From Caulobacter sp. (GTDB taxonomy: Bacteria > Pseudomonadota > Alphaproteobacteria > Caulobacterales > Caulobacteraceae): a stretch of 64,000 nt of DNA. The notes under the pieces were generated by a model, which searched no databases, was not told the DNA's origin, and worked only from the letters and a program-made list of their open reading frames with translations. Shown piece after piece: positions 18,709-28,255 of the stretch. The stretch covers positions 6,082 to 70,081 of the forward strand of contig JAQGIK010000064.1 of NCBI GenBank assembly GCA_028291265.1. The letters run 5' to 3'. Positions within the stretch are counted from its first letter, which is position 1. Each line of letters opens with the position of its first letter. The translations under genes and the position numbers were made by a program.

Positions 18709-20973
18709 TTACTTATCTTCCGCTTGATACACCCCGTCCCAGTCCGCCGCCGGCGGGCTCAAGCTGTATCGTGCGATACGTTCGGCGAAGAGTCCCGCCA
18801 GTTTTTCGATTCCGAACACAGCGCCCGCAGCTCTCACGCGAGTTAGGGCGGTTTGCGCCGCCGTCCACTGCTGTCCGCGATAGGCGGCCAGCATGTCGGC
18901 GAAGGCGGTTTTCATCGCCTGGAAATCCTTGTCGCCGGCCATCACCGGCCGCCCCAAAAGGGCGAAGATGCGCTCCGGGGTGTCTCGTCCGACCACCCGC
19001 ACCTGGTCGACTTCGAGCTGGGCGAACTCCGGGATTTCCCTGGCCAGGGTCTGGCCCATCAGGATCGGCACGCCATAGACTTTGGTCAGACCCTCCAGCC
19101 GCGAGGCCAGGTTCACGGCGTCGCCGATCAGGCTGTAGCTCAAGCGTTGGCGCGAGCCCATGTTGCCGACGCAGCAGCGGCCGGCGTTGAGGCCGATGCC
19201 GATGGCGATGTCGCCTGGCCAGGGACCAACCAGGCCGCTCTGGCGGGCGTTCATCTCCTTCATGGCGTCGATCATGTCGAGCGCCGCGTTGGCTGAGTTG
19301 CGGTACTGGTCCGGGTCGTCCAGCGGCGCGTTCCAGAAGGCCAGCACGGCGTCGCCGATGTATTTGTCGATGGTCGCCTTGCGGGCCAGCAGGGCCTCGG
19401 TCAGCGGGGTGAGCAGCTCGATCAGGAAACTGATCAGTTCCTGCGGGGCCATCTTCTCGCTGATCCGCGAGAAGCTGCGGATGTCGCTGAACAGGACGGT
19501 CATGTCCCGCTCCTCGCCGCCCAGTTCGAGCTGTCCCGGATCGCGGGCGATGCGCTCGACGAGCTCCGGCGAGAGGTACCGGTCGAAGGCGCGGCGGATG
19601 TAGGCCCGCGAACGCTCTTCCCGATAGAAGCTGAAGCTGGTGACCAGGGTGTAGACCAGGGCGATGGTCAGCACCGGCATGGTCGGCTCCAGCAGCAGGC
19701 CGTTGTAGCGGAACGAAACCCAGGAGGCGGCCATGGTGCCCGCCAGCGACAGAGCGGCGATCAACCCGCTGCGCAGCGCGCCCAAGGTTGGGGCGAGGAA
19801 GGCCAGGGCCAGGCCGAACAGCACCACCAGCACCCGCTCCAACCCCAGCGCCCAATCGGGCCGTGACAGGAACTTGCCGAGAATTATCTGTTCGGCGGCC
19901 TGGGCGTGGACGATCACCCCCAACTCGTTCGCATTCAGGGGGGTTGCGACCAGATCGCGCAGACCGACCGCGCCGGTCCCGACGAACACCAGCTTGCCCT
20001 CGAACTTTTGCCTTATCTCCTCGGGGCTGAGCTCGCCGGTCAGGATGCGCCAGGCCGGCACGATCCGTTCGGGGCGGTCGGCGGTGTAGTGCATCCACAG
20101 CTCGCCCCCCTGTGTGGTAGGCGCCTCGTACTGGCCGACCTTGACGGCGACTACCGCGACCTGGCCGCCGGAAAACTCGCCGCTGGCGTCGGCGCCCTTG
20201 ACCATGATGGCCCCGGCCCCCTGGGCCACGCGCAGGGCCTCCAGCGACAGGGACGGCACGATCCGTTCGCCGATGCGGGCGACCAAGGGCACGCTGCGGA
20301 TGACGCCGCCCCCCCGGTTCACCACATTGACGAAGCCGGCCCCCGCCGCCTTCTCGGCAATGGCTGGCAGGGTCGGGATGGCGCCGTTGAAGGCCGGTAA
20401 GGCGCTCATCGGCGGGGTGCCGACCGCCACCACCCCGGCTGGCTCGAACGGGCGCGCCTTGTTGGGGGTTTCTGTCATAAAATAGCTGGCCACGGTCGGG
20501 CCGTTGGCCATGGCTTGGCCGAACAGCAGGTCGTGGTCGGGTAGGGCCGCGATGTCGGCGTAGTCGCCCTTGGCCTGCGGGTTCTGCCGCAATAGCTCGG
20601 CGGCGCGCGAGGGGCTGGTGCGGTCGGGCTCGCTGAACACCACGTCGAAGGCGATAGCGGCGGCGCCGGAGTCGGTCAGGGCCTGGGTCAGGCGGGCGGT
20701 GTCGGTGCGCGGCCACGGCCACTGTCCAAGGCGCCGGATCGTCTCGTCGTCGATGTCGACCACGCGGACGTCGGCGTCTTCATACGGCCTCGGATAAAGA
20801 CGCTGATAGCTGTCGAACACCAGGTTGCCGAGGTTCGAAAGGACCGCCGGCTGCCATAGGTGGATCAAGGCAATGATCAGGGTGACCACCAGCCCCGGGG
20901 CGGCGGACTTCATGGTTTGGACCCAGCCGGCGCTCTGGCCTGCGCGGGGCTTGCGGGCCCTTTTCTCGCTCAT
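18709..20973 (-). CDS. CHASE2-domain class III adenylate cyclase
   Basis: N-terminal TM, CHASE2 (VVDIDD...GQWPWPR...FDVVFSEPDR), three TMs, catalytic LFSDIRSFS, DKYIGDA and YSLIGDAVNLASRLE. Confidence 0.93.
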   Translation of the reverse strand: MSEKRARKPRAGQSAGWVQTMKSAAPGLVVTLIIALIHLWQPAVLSNLGNLVFDSYQRLYPRPYEDADVRVVDIDDETIRRLGQWPWPRTDTARLTQALTDSGAAAIAFDVVFSEPDRTSPSRAAELLRQNPQAKGDYADIAALPDHDLLFGQAMANGPTVASYFMTETPNKARPFEPAGVVAVGTPPMSALPAFNGAIPTLPAIAEKAAGAGFVNVVNRGGGVIRSVPLVARIGERIVPSLSLEALRVAQGAGAIMVKGADASGEFSGGQVAVVAVKVGQYEAPTTQGGELWMHYTADRPERIVPAWRILTGELSPEEIRQKFEGKLVFVGTGAVGLRDLVATPLNANELGVIVHAQAAEQIILGKFLSRPDWALGLERVLVVLFGLALAFLAPTLGALRSGLIAALSLAGTMAASWVSFRYNGLLLEPTMPVLTIALVYTLVTSFSFYREERSRAYIRRAFDRYLSPELVERIARDPGQLELGGEERDMTVLFSDIRSFSRISEKMAPQELISFLIELLTPLTEALLARKATIDKYIGDAVLAFWNAPLDDPDQYRNSANAALDMIDAMKEMNARQSGLVGPWPGDIAIGIGLNAGRCCVGNMGSRQRLSYSLIGDAVNLASRLEGLTKVYGVPILMGQTLAREIPEFAQLEVDQVRVVGRDTPERIFALLGRPVMAGDKDFQAMKTAFADMLAAYRGQQWTAAQTALTRVRAAGAVFGIEKLAGLFAERIARYSLSPPAADWDGVYQAEDK

Positions 20974-22817
20974 TGCCCTGTCCCCCAGGTGATGGCGCGG
21001 CTTTGCACGGCGATGGCCTTGGACCCCTTTGCCGGCTCCTTGCGGGTCGGCCGGATCGGCGCGTGATAGCTGTGGCAGTCGGCGCAGTCGGCCCCGGCCG
21101 CCTGTTTGACCTTGGCCCGGTCGGCCCCGTGGCAGGACTGGCAGGTCGCGAGCCTGGGCAGCAGCAGGTCCTTGGCCGTCCCCGACTTGCCGGCGGCGTG
21201 GCAGGTCGCACAGGCCGGCTGGCCGTCGGGGCCTTTCGAATGTTCGGGGATGTCGTGGTTGAAGGTCCCCTCGGTCAGCCAGGCGTCGGCCAGCTTGACC
21301 GGCCCGGCTCGCCAGACCAGCGAGCCGTCCGTCGGCGGCGAGGCGCCGTGACAGCCGAAACAGGTCCCGCCCGGCGAGAACAGGCCACGGATACGCTGGG
21401 CGGCGCTGGCGGTGACGCCGCTGTAGACCTCCGGATCGCCGGGCCGCCGGCGGCCCATGGTCGGGCCGCTGCGGGAGACTACGCCGCCGCCCCCGGAGAA
21501 GAAGCTCACCAGTTTGCGGGTGTCGCCGTGCGGCAGGGCGCCAATCGAATGGCAGGCGCCGCAGGCCGCTTCCATCTTCACCGGCAGGTAGTTACCGCCC
21601 TTCGGTTCTTCCTTGTGGCAGCTCTGGCAGTCGAGCGGGGCGCCATAGCCGCGTCCCGCGCCCAACGAGATCGCCATGCGCGCCGGGCCGCCGGTGCGCG
21701 ACAGGTGCAGGTCGTGCGGGAAGATCAGGCCGCTGTTCTCGGACGGGTGGGCGGCCATGGAGATGCGGCGAACCTGCAGCGGCGAGGGCGAGACGGTGAC
21801 CAGGGGCGCCAAGTCCGGGTGGCGGCCCCAGTCGGCGACGTTGGCCAGCCTGGTGTCCTTCAGCCGGCGGTCGAGCCCGGCGTGACAGGCGGTGCAGCTG
21901 TGCGCCGTCTGCAGGGTCGGCTTGGCGTGGTCGGGATCGCCCAGCGGATCGCCGATGTGCTCGACGTGGCAGCTGGCGCAGCGCTGCTGCGGCTTGTTGA
22001 ACACCTTGCGGGCGTAGTCGAAGACCTGCTCACCCCAGCCGTCCGGGGCCGGCGTGCCCCAGACCAGACGGCGCAGCCCGGCGTGGTCGGCGACGGTGCG
22101 CAAGGGCTGGTCGGGCGCGCCCCTGGTCTTGAGGCGGGCGACGGTCGCCTGCAGTTGGGCGGGCGTCTGGCTGGCCGTGTGACAGCTCTGGCAGGCGTCG
22201 TCGCGCACGGCGACGAAAGCTTGCTGGTGACAGGCCTGGCAGTCGTTCTCGAGGAAGGCGTGGGTCTTCGACAGCGGGCCCGACGACCACTGGCTGTCGA
22301 GATCGATCTTCGGATGGCTGCCGAACACGCCATAGACGGCCAGCACCGGCAGGATCAGGCTGAGCACGGCGATCAGCAGGAAACCCGTCCAGGCGATCCG
22401 CCGCTTGCCCAGCACCTTGGCGCGGGGGATCAGGGTCGCCGGGGTGGCGACATCGCCCTGGCCGGGGGCGGCCTCGACGCGGCTCAGGGTCAGGATGACC
22501 TCATCGCCCTGGCCGGGGCCGATGGTCAGCAGGTGGTCGCCGAAGCTGAGCTCGGGGACGTCGCTGATCTTGACCACGGCGCTCTTGGTGAAGCGGCCGT
22601 CGACGCCGAACGGCTGGTCGCCCACCGCCTGGATGCGCAGGCGGCCGAGGCCCTCCTGGCTGAGAGTGGCGTGGTGGATGCTGACCGCCAGGTCGGGCAC
22701 ACGGATCTCGCAGTCGGCGCCCCGGCCGATGCGAAGAGGCCCTTCGGCATAGGTCTTCTTGCGGACGATCTCGCCGCCGGCGGCCCGTTTGGTGATCTGG
22801 CGAAGGGTGAAGCTCAT
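20970..22817 (-). CDS. FHA domain - TM - decaheme cytochrome c
   Basis: IGRG...VSIHHA FHA signature, one TM helix, ten CxxCH (CQACH, CQSCH, CASCH, CTACH, CQSCH, CGACH, CFGCH, CATCH, CQSCH, CADCH). Confidence 0.88.
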   Translation of the reverse strand: MSFTLRQITKRAAGGEIVRKKTYAEGPLRIGRGADCEIRVPDLAVSIHHATLSQEGLGRLRIQAVGDQPFGVDGRFTKSAVVKISDVPELSFGDHLLTIGPGQGDEVILTLSRVEAAPGQGDVATPATLIPRAKVLGKRRIAWTGFLLIAVLSLILPVLAVYGVFGSHPKIDLDSQWSSGPLSKTHAFLENDCQACHQQAFVAVRDDACQSCHTASQTPAQLQATVARLKTRGAPDQPLRTVADHAGLRRLVWGTPAPDGWGEQVFDYARKVFNKPQQRCASCHVEHIGDPLGDPDHAKPTLQTAHSCTACHAGLDRRLKDTRLANVADWGRHPDLAPLVTVSPSPLQVRRISMAAHPSENSGLIFPHDLHLSRTGGPARMAISLGAGRGYGAPLDCQSCHKEEPKGGNYLPVKMEAACGACHSIGALPHGDTRKLVSFFSGGGGVVSRSGPTMGRRRPGDPEVYSGVTASAAQRIRGLFSPGGTCFGCHGASPPTDGSLVWRAGPVKLADAWLTEGTFNHDIPEHSKGPDGQPACATCHAAGKSGTAKDLLLPRLATCQSCHGADRAKVKQAAGADCADCHSYHAPIRPTRKEPAKGSKAIAVQSRAITWGTGQ

Positions 22818-22824
22818 GCCCGCC

Positions 22825-23697
22825 TCACCAGTAGATGAAGACGCTGACGATGTGCGCGGTCAGCGCCATCAGCAGGGCGATGGAAGCGGGGACGTGAATA
22901 GCCAGCCAGGCCCCCAGCAGGGTGCGGATGCGCAGGTGCTTGCGCAGTTGCAAGAGGGCGGCGCTCTTGCGGTCGAGCAGGGCGGTGACGTTGCCGATGG
23001 CGGCCCGTTCGCTCTCGCTGGCCCGGCGGATGAGGCCCTTCAGCTTGCGCAGCGCCCGCCGGGTGCCGCAGTCCATCGGCCGGGTGCTCAGCCTGCGGAA
23101 GAAACCGCCGCCGACCTTGCTCTTCTCCAGCGACAGCCGCACCGCCGCCGCCTGGCGCTGGTTCAGCGGCTGGGCCGCGTCGTTGAGCTGGCGGTCGAGG
23201 CTGCGGATGGTCTCGACCATCTGCTTCTGGGTGGTCTCGCGGCGGTTGTTGCTGAGGGCCTTGGGCAGGCCGGCGTAGGCGATGATGCCGTAGACTCCCG
23301 ACAGCACGACGAGGATCATCAAGGCATAGGCGAGCGTATGGATGTTCCAGCCGAACTGCAGCCCGCTGTGCAGGGTGGCGATGGCGACCAGGGCGATGCC
23401 CAGATAGACGTGGGCCGAGACCCAGGCCTTCAGCGACCAGTCGCCCTTGGTGATCACCCGCTTGCGGATGCCCAGCGCCGTCAGCCAGACGATCAGCAGG
23501 GCGCCGATGGTCCCGAGCGTATAGCCGTACCAGCTGCCGCCATTGGGCCTGGGGTGCACATCGGCCAGCACATAGCCGACCGCCGCCGCGATGCTCAAGG
23601 CCAGTCCGACCCAGGCCCAGCGATAGCCGGCATGGCGCAGGAAGCCGACATGGACCTGGGCGTTCGACCGCTTTCCCTTGCGCGGCGCCCTGGCCAT
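22825..23697 (-). CDS. Integral membrane protein with two His-x13-His helices (di-heme b / ferric-reductase-like)
   Basis: About five TM segments; AHVYLGIALVAIATLH and IHVPASIALLMALTAH. 1-nt gap from the upstream gene. Confidence 0.7.
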   Translation of the reverse strand: MARAPRKGKRSNAQVHVGFLRHAGYRWAWVGLALSIAAAVGYVLADVHPRPNGGSWYGYTLGTIGALLIVWLTALGIRKRVITKGDWSLKAWVSAHVYLGIALVAIATLHSGLQFGWNIHTLAYALMILVVLSGVYGIIAYAGLPKALSNNRRETTQKQMVETIRSLDRQLNDAAQPLNQRQAAAVRLSLEKSKVGGGFFRRLSTRPMDCGTRRALRKLKGLIRRASESERAAIGNVTALLDRKSAALLQLRKHLRIRTLLGAWLAIHVPASIALLMALTAHIVSVFIYW

Positions 23698-23698
23698 C

Positions 23699-26146
23699 TC
23701 AGCTCTCGCCCCGCACGCGGGTGACGGTCAGGAAGTCCTCGGGCGAGACCCGGATCGCCGCCCCGGTCGGGCAGGCCCGCACGCAGGCCGGACCCCCGTC
23801 GATGCCGGCGCACATGTCGCATTTGATGGCGACCTTGGGCTTCTCGCCGTGCTTCTTCTTGGCCTTGGTCTTCCACTCGAGGTCCGGCTCGCCGGGCCCG
23901 GGTCCGGCCCCGAACAGGAACCAGCTCAGGAGGCCCGGCTTCTGCGGCGGCGGGCTGTCCATGCGGATCACTCCGTAAGGGCAGTTGCGCTGGCAGTTGC
24001 CGCAGCCGATGCAGGTCTCGTCGATGAACACCTCGCCGTCGGCCCCGCGCCGGATGGCGTTGGGCGGGCAGTCGGTCATGCAGTAGGGGTGCTCGCAGTG
24101 CCGGCAGCTGGTCGGCACATGCAGGTTGGCGTAGGTGCGGCCCGCCTCGCGGTCCAGTCGCGACAGCCCGTCATGAACGTCGGCGCAGGCCTTCTCGCAG
24201 TTGTCGCAGCCGACGCAGAGGGTCTCGTCGATCAGCAGCACGTCGGTGGCCTCGCCGATGCCCTGGTCGACCAGGAAGTCGGCCACGGAGCTGTAAAGAT
24301 CGACCACCCCGCTGAAGCGGTCCTTCTGCTCCTCGATGTAGCTGTTGATCTGTTTGCGGGACCGCATGTCCTCCCGCATCTTGGCTTCGAGTTCGGGCTT
24401 GCGGGCCAGCAGCCGCCGGAACAGATCGCCGTCCAGCCGCACCACTTCGGAGCGGATCGCCGCCCGCACCGTCGCCGTCCGTCGGCCGCCGTCGATCAGC
24501 GCCATCTCCCCGACATACGACCCGGCCGGGACATAGTTGAGGAACACCGTCTTGCCGCCGATCTCCTTTTCGATGGTCATCGAGCCGGAGCGGATGATGA
24601 AGATGTCGTAGCCTTCCTCACCCTCGTTGATGATGGCGTCCTCGGCCTTGACCTGCATGAGCTCGGCGCTGGTCAGCACCTCGACGATGTCTTCCTTGGT
24701 CAGGCCCGAGCCGAAGATCTGCAGCATCTGGCGTTCGGTGGTGATGCGGTTGACCGTCTCCCGCGCGTCCTTGTTCTGGGCCATCAGCCGCAGGCTGGCC
24801 GTGCGTGGCATCTCCAGCAGGATGCAGGGCTCGGCCGCACGGATCGTCGCCCCGCGGCGGCGGCCGGATATGAGGCCCACCTCGCCGAAGATGGAGCCCT
24901 GGCCGATCGGCACCGTCTCGCGCCGGTTCTTCGGATTGACCTCGACCTTCACGGAGCCGGCGGCGATGCCGAACATCGAGGAGCCGATGGAATTGCGCTG
25001 GAAGATGACCTCGTCCGGCGCGCAGACCCGCACCGAGGAATCGAGCAGGAACTCCCGCATCTGCAGGGTTGACAGGCCGTTGAGGATTTCGATCCGTGTG
25101 CGGAGGAATTCCAGCCACTCGGCCACCGACTGGCCGCCGGGCAGGGCCGCCAGCTTGGCCTCGAGGATCGGTTCGTCGGCGGGTTTCAGGCCGAGGTTGC
25201 CGGTGATGAACTCGATGACATCGTAGCCCTGGTTCATGCAGTGCTTGATCAGCGGATAGCCGGCCAGGGCCCCGATGACATAGATGCCGGGCGCGGTGGT
25301 TTCGAAGGTCGGCGACAGGCGCGGAAAGGCGTCGCGGTCCGCGCTCGTGAAGGCCACGCCCATGGCCTCGACGAACTTGCGCGGCGGGGCCGAGCCCATG
25401 CGGGCGATGATCCGGTCACAGCGGATCGACTGCTGCCCTTCCGGTGTGTCGATGGTGATGAAGCCGGGGTCGACCCGGGCCGGACTGGAGCCCGCCAGGA
25501 TGGTGATCCGGCCGGCCGCCGCCGCGTCGGTCAGGGCCTTGACGTTGGCCTCCTTGGCGCGCGCGAAATCCATCGACTTGTTGAGCAGGGTGACGGTGTT
25601 GCCCTGGGCCTGGTCGGCGATCAGGCCCAGCGCGTTCTCGATGCCGGCGTCGCCGCCGCCGACCACGACGATGTGCTCGTCGACGTACTCGGTCGGGTCG
25701 TCGAGCGTGTACTGGATGTGCTTCAGGTCGCTGCCCGGCACGGTCATGACGTTGGGGTTGCCCTGGGTGCCGATGGCCAGCACCACGGTCTCGGCCTTCA
25801 GCACCCGGCCGTCGGTCAGGGTGATGGTGAAGTCGCCGCGCGATCCGGCGACGGAGGCGGCCTCGGCCCTGTAGGCGACATTGACCTTGTGGCCGCCCGT
25901 CTCGCTGTTCCAGCGGTCGAGGATGGTCTCGCGCTTGCCGGCCTCGAAACCGATGTCCGAGCGCAGCACCAGCTGCGTCGGGGTGGCCATGATGTGCTTG
26001 CCGCGCTGGTAGCGGAAGATGGTGTCGGAGAGGCGGTCGGTCTTCTCCAGCAGGACGTGACTCATCCCCCGGCGGGCGGCGCGCGCGGCGGCGCTGAGGC
26101 CGGCCGGCCCCGAGCCCAGGATCGCAACCCTGTAGACTCCCTCCAT
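23699..26146 (-). CDS. Fusion: FAD/NAD(P)-dependent oxidoreductase (TrxB/YpdA-like) + two cNMP-binding domains + 4x[4Fe-4S] ferredoxin (815 aa)
   Basis: Start MEGVYRVAILGSGPAG at 26146; second Rossmann motif VVGGGDAG; FGEVGLISGRRRGATIRA and VGEMALIDGGRRTATVRA; 16 Cys in four DmsB/NrfC-like cluster motifs. Confidence 0.9.
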   Translation of the reverse strand: MEGVYRVAILGSGPAGLSAAARAARRGMSHVLLEKTDRLSDTIFRYQRGKHIMATPTQLVLRSDIGFEAGKRETILDRWNSETGGHKVNVAYRAEAASVAGSRGDFTITLTDGRVLKAETVVLAIGTQGNPNVMTVPGSDLKHIQYTLDDPTEYVDEHIVVVGGGDAGIENALGLIADQAQGNTVTLLNKSMDFARAKEANVKALTDAAAAGRITILAGSSPARVDPGFITIDTPEGQQSIRCDRIIARMGSAPPRKFVEAMGVAFTSADRDAFPRLSPTFETTAPGIYVIGALAGYPLIKHCMNQGYDVIEFITGNLGLKPADEPILEAKLAALPGGQSVAEWLEFLRTRIEILNGLSTLQMREFLLDSSVRVCAPDEVIFQRNSIGSSMFGIAAGSVKVEVNPKNRRETVPIGQGSIFGEVGLISGRRRGATIRAAEPCILLEMPRTASLRLMAQNKDARETVNRITTERQMLQIFGSGLTKEDIVEVLTSAELMQVKAEDAIINEGEEGYDIFIIRSGSMTIEKEIGGKTVFLNYVPAGSYVGEMALIDGGRRTATVRAAIRSEVVRLDGDLFRRLLARKPELEAKMREDMRSRKQINSYIEEQKDRFSGVVDLYSSVADFLVDQGIGEATDVLLIDETLCVGCDNCEKACADVHDGLSRLDREAGRTYANLHVPTSCRHCEHPYCMTDCPPNAIRRGADGEVFIDETCIGCGNCQRNCPYGVIRMDSPPPQKPGLLSWFLFGAGPGPGEPDLEWKTKAKKKHGEKPKVAIKCDMCAGIDGGPACVRACPTGAAIRVSPEDFLTVTRVRGES

Positions 26147-26278
26147 TGTTCGCCCCGTCGGCCGGAAAGCCCGGCTGCCCCAAGGGATACGGCCCCCTGC
26201 CGCCCCTTCGATTGCTTTACCAGTACAGGCGATTGCGACTAACGTATATCGCTTGGAACGGGAGCGCGTCGGGGGACC

Positions 26279-28255
26279 ATGAGCGCCGAAATCGGCCAGT
26301 TCGCCCTGATCCTCGCCTTCGTGCTGGCGCTGGTTCAATCCGTGGTGACGATGTGGGGCGCCCACCGTCGCGATGACGCCCTGATGGCGCTCGGCCGCAT
26401 GGCCACGCTGCTGCAGCTTTTCTTCGTGGTCATCGCCTTCGGGGCCATCGCCTGGGGCTATGCGACGCTCGACTTTTCGGTCGAGCTGGTCGCCCGCCAC
26501 AGCCACACGACCCAGCCGCTCGCCTACCGCCTGGCCGCCACCTGGGGCAGCCATGAGGGCTCGATGGTGCTGTGGATCCTGATCCTGGCGCTGCACGGTG
26601 GGGCCTTGGCCGTGTTCGGCCGCCCCCTGCGGACGACCTTCCTGTCGCGGGTGCTCGGCATCCAGGGCCTGCTCGGCGCCGCCTTCCTCGGCTTTTCGCT
26701 GTTCACGTCCAATCCCTTCCTGCGTCTATCGCCCGCGCCACTCGAAGGGACCGAGCTCAATCCGCTGCTGCAGGACCCCGGCCTGATCAGCCACCCGCCG
26801 CTGCTCTACCTCGGCTACGTCGGCTTCAGCGTCGCCTTCGCCTTCGCCCTCGCCGCCCTGATCGAGGGCCGGGTCGACGCCGCCTGGGCGAGATGGGTGC
26901 GGCCCTGGGTGCTGTTCGCCTGGACGTCCCTGACCGTCGGTATCGCGCTCGGCAGTCACTGGGCCTACTACGAGTTGGGCTGGGGCGGCTGGTGGTTCTG
27001 GGATCCGGTCGAGAACGCCTCCCTGATGCCCTGGCTGATGGGCACCGCCCTGCTGCACAGCGCCCTGGTGCTGGAAAAGCGCGGGGCCCTGATCAGCTGG
27101 ACCCTGCTGCTTTCTATCCTCACCTTCTCGCTCAGCCTGATCGGCACCTTCCTGGTCCGCTCGGGCATCCTCAACAGCGTCCACGCCTTCGCCGTCGACA
27201 GCGCCCGCGGCGCCTATGTCCTGGCCTTCTGCGTGTTGGCGACGGGCTCGGCCCTGGCCCTCTACGCCTGGCGGGCCCCGGCCATGCGCACCGGCGCCGT
27301 CTTTGGTCCCATCTCCAGGGAGGCCGGGATCACGCTCAACAACCTGGTGCTGGTGGTGGCCACGGCGACCGTCTTCCTCGGCACCTTCTATCCGCTGCTC
27401 TACCCGCTGATCAGCAATGGCGGCACCATCACCGTCGGCCCGCCCTTCTTCAACCTGATCTTCCTGCCGTTGTTCGCCATCCTCCTGACCCTGGTCGGCT
27501 TCGGCCCTCTGCTGCATTGGAAGCGGGATGCGGTGAAGGCCATCCTCGTCCGCCTGCGCTGGCCGCTCGGCCTGTTCGTCATCGCGCTGCTGGTCGGGAC
27601 CTTCGCCTTCGGCCTCGGCAAGACCCTGGCCGCCTTCGGCATCGCGCTGGGCGTCTGGCTGATCGCCGCCGGCGGCCTCCTGCTCGTGCGCCGCTGGGGC
27701 CTGGGCTCGAAGAGCGCCGCCGCCAACTGGAGCCTGGTCCGCACCACGCCGGTCGCCATCTGGGCCGTGGCCCTGGCCCACACGGGCCTCGGCGTCACCT
27801 GCGTTGGGGTCACCGCCATGGGCGGGTTCGAGGCCAGCAAGGTGCTGCGCATGGGCCCCGGCGACCAGGTCGAGTTCGCCGGCCGCACCGTCATCCTCGA
27901 CAGCCTCGGCGAGGTCGCCGGCCCCAACTACCAGGCCGACCGCGGGGTCTTCCGCATCGTCGGCGGGCGCGGCCCCAGACAGCTGATCTCCGAGCGCCGC
28001 TTCTACCCCTCCAGCCAGAGCCAGACCATCGAGGCGGCCATCGGGCCGTCGCTGGTCGGCAATCTCTACATCTCGGTCGGTGAGCGCGACCAGGCCGGCA
28101 AGGCCGTCATCCGGATGTGGAACCACCCCTTCGTCGGCTGGATCTGGGGCGGCGCCATCCTGATGGCGCTCGGCGGCCTCATTTCGCTCAGCGACCGCCG
28201 CCTGCGCCTCGGCGCCCCCCAGCCGTCCCGCAAGACCGTCGAGGCCGCCGCATGA
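26279..28255 (+). CDS. ccmF: Cytochrome c heme lyase CcmF/NrfE
   Basis: WGGWWFWDPVENASL (WWD domain), WGSHEGS, HPPLLYLGY, SVHAFA. Confidence 0.96.
   Translation: MSAEIGQFALILAFVLALVQSVVTMWGAHRRDDALMALGRMATLLQLFFVVIAFGAIAWGYATLDFSVELVARHSHTTQPLAYRLAATWGSHEGSMVLWILILALHGGALAVFGRPLRTTFLSRVLGIQGLLGAAFLGFSLFTSNPFLRLSPAPLEGTELNPLLQDPGLISHPPLLYLGYVGFSVAFAFALAALIEGRVDAAWARWVRPWVLFAWTSLTVGIALGSHWAYYELGWGGWWFWDPVENASLMPWLMGTALLHSALVLEKRGALISWTLLLSILTFSLSLIGTFLVRSGILNSVHAFAVDSARGAYVLAFCVLATGSALALYAWRAPAMRTGAVFGPISREAGITLNNLVLVVATATVFLGTFYPLLYPLISNGGTITVGPPFFNLIFLPLFAILLTLVGFGPLLHWKRDAVKAILVRLRWPLGLFVIALLVGTFAFGLGKTLAAFGIALGVWLIAAGGLLLVRRWGLGSKSAAANWSLVRTTPVAIWAVALAHTGLGVTCVGVTAMGGFEASKVLRMGPGDQVEFAGRTVILDSLGEVAGPNYQADRGVFRIVGGRGPRQLISERRFYPSSQSQTIEAAIGPSLVGNLYISVGERDQAGKAVIRMWNHPFVGWIWGGAILMALGGLISLSDRRLRLGAPQPSRKTVEAAA

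Noticed and set aside
19740-20100. Cluster of rare codons (ATA, AGG, TCA, TTG) in the cyclase gene suggesting mosaic origin
   Set aside because: Judged by eye only and compatible with low expression of a signalling gene.
26147-26278. CRP/Clr-type cAMP-regulator site in the divergent promoter
   Set aside because: No TGTGA-N6-TCACA or convincing TGT-N10-ACA match; only a weak GCGAT-N14-ATCGC inverted repeat.
26147-26596. N-terminal 150-aa extension of the cNMP oxidoreductase in the ORF track
   Set aside because: It overlaps ccmF antisense; the Rossmann motif begins right after ATG 26146.
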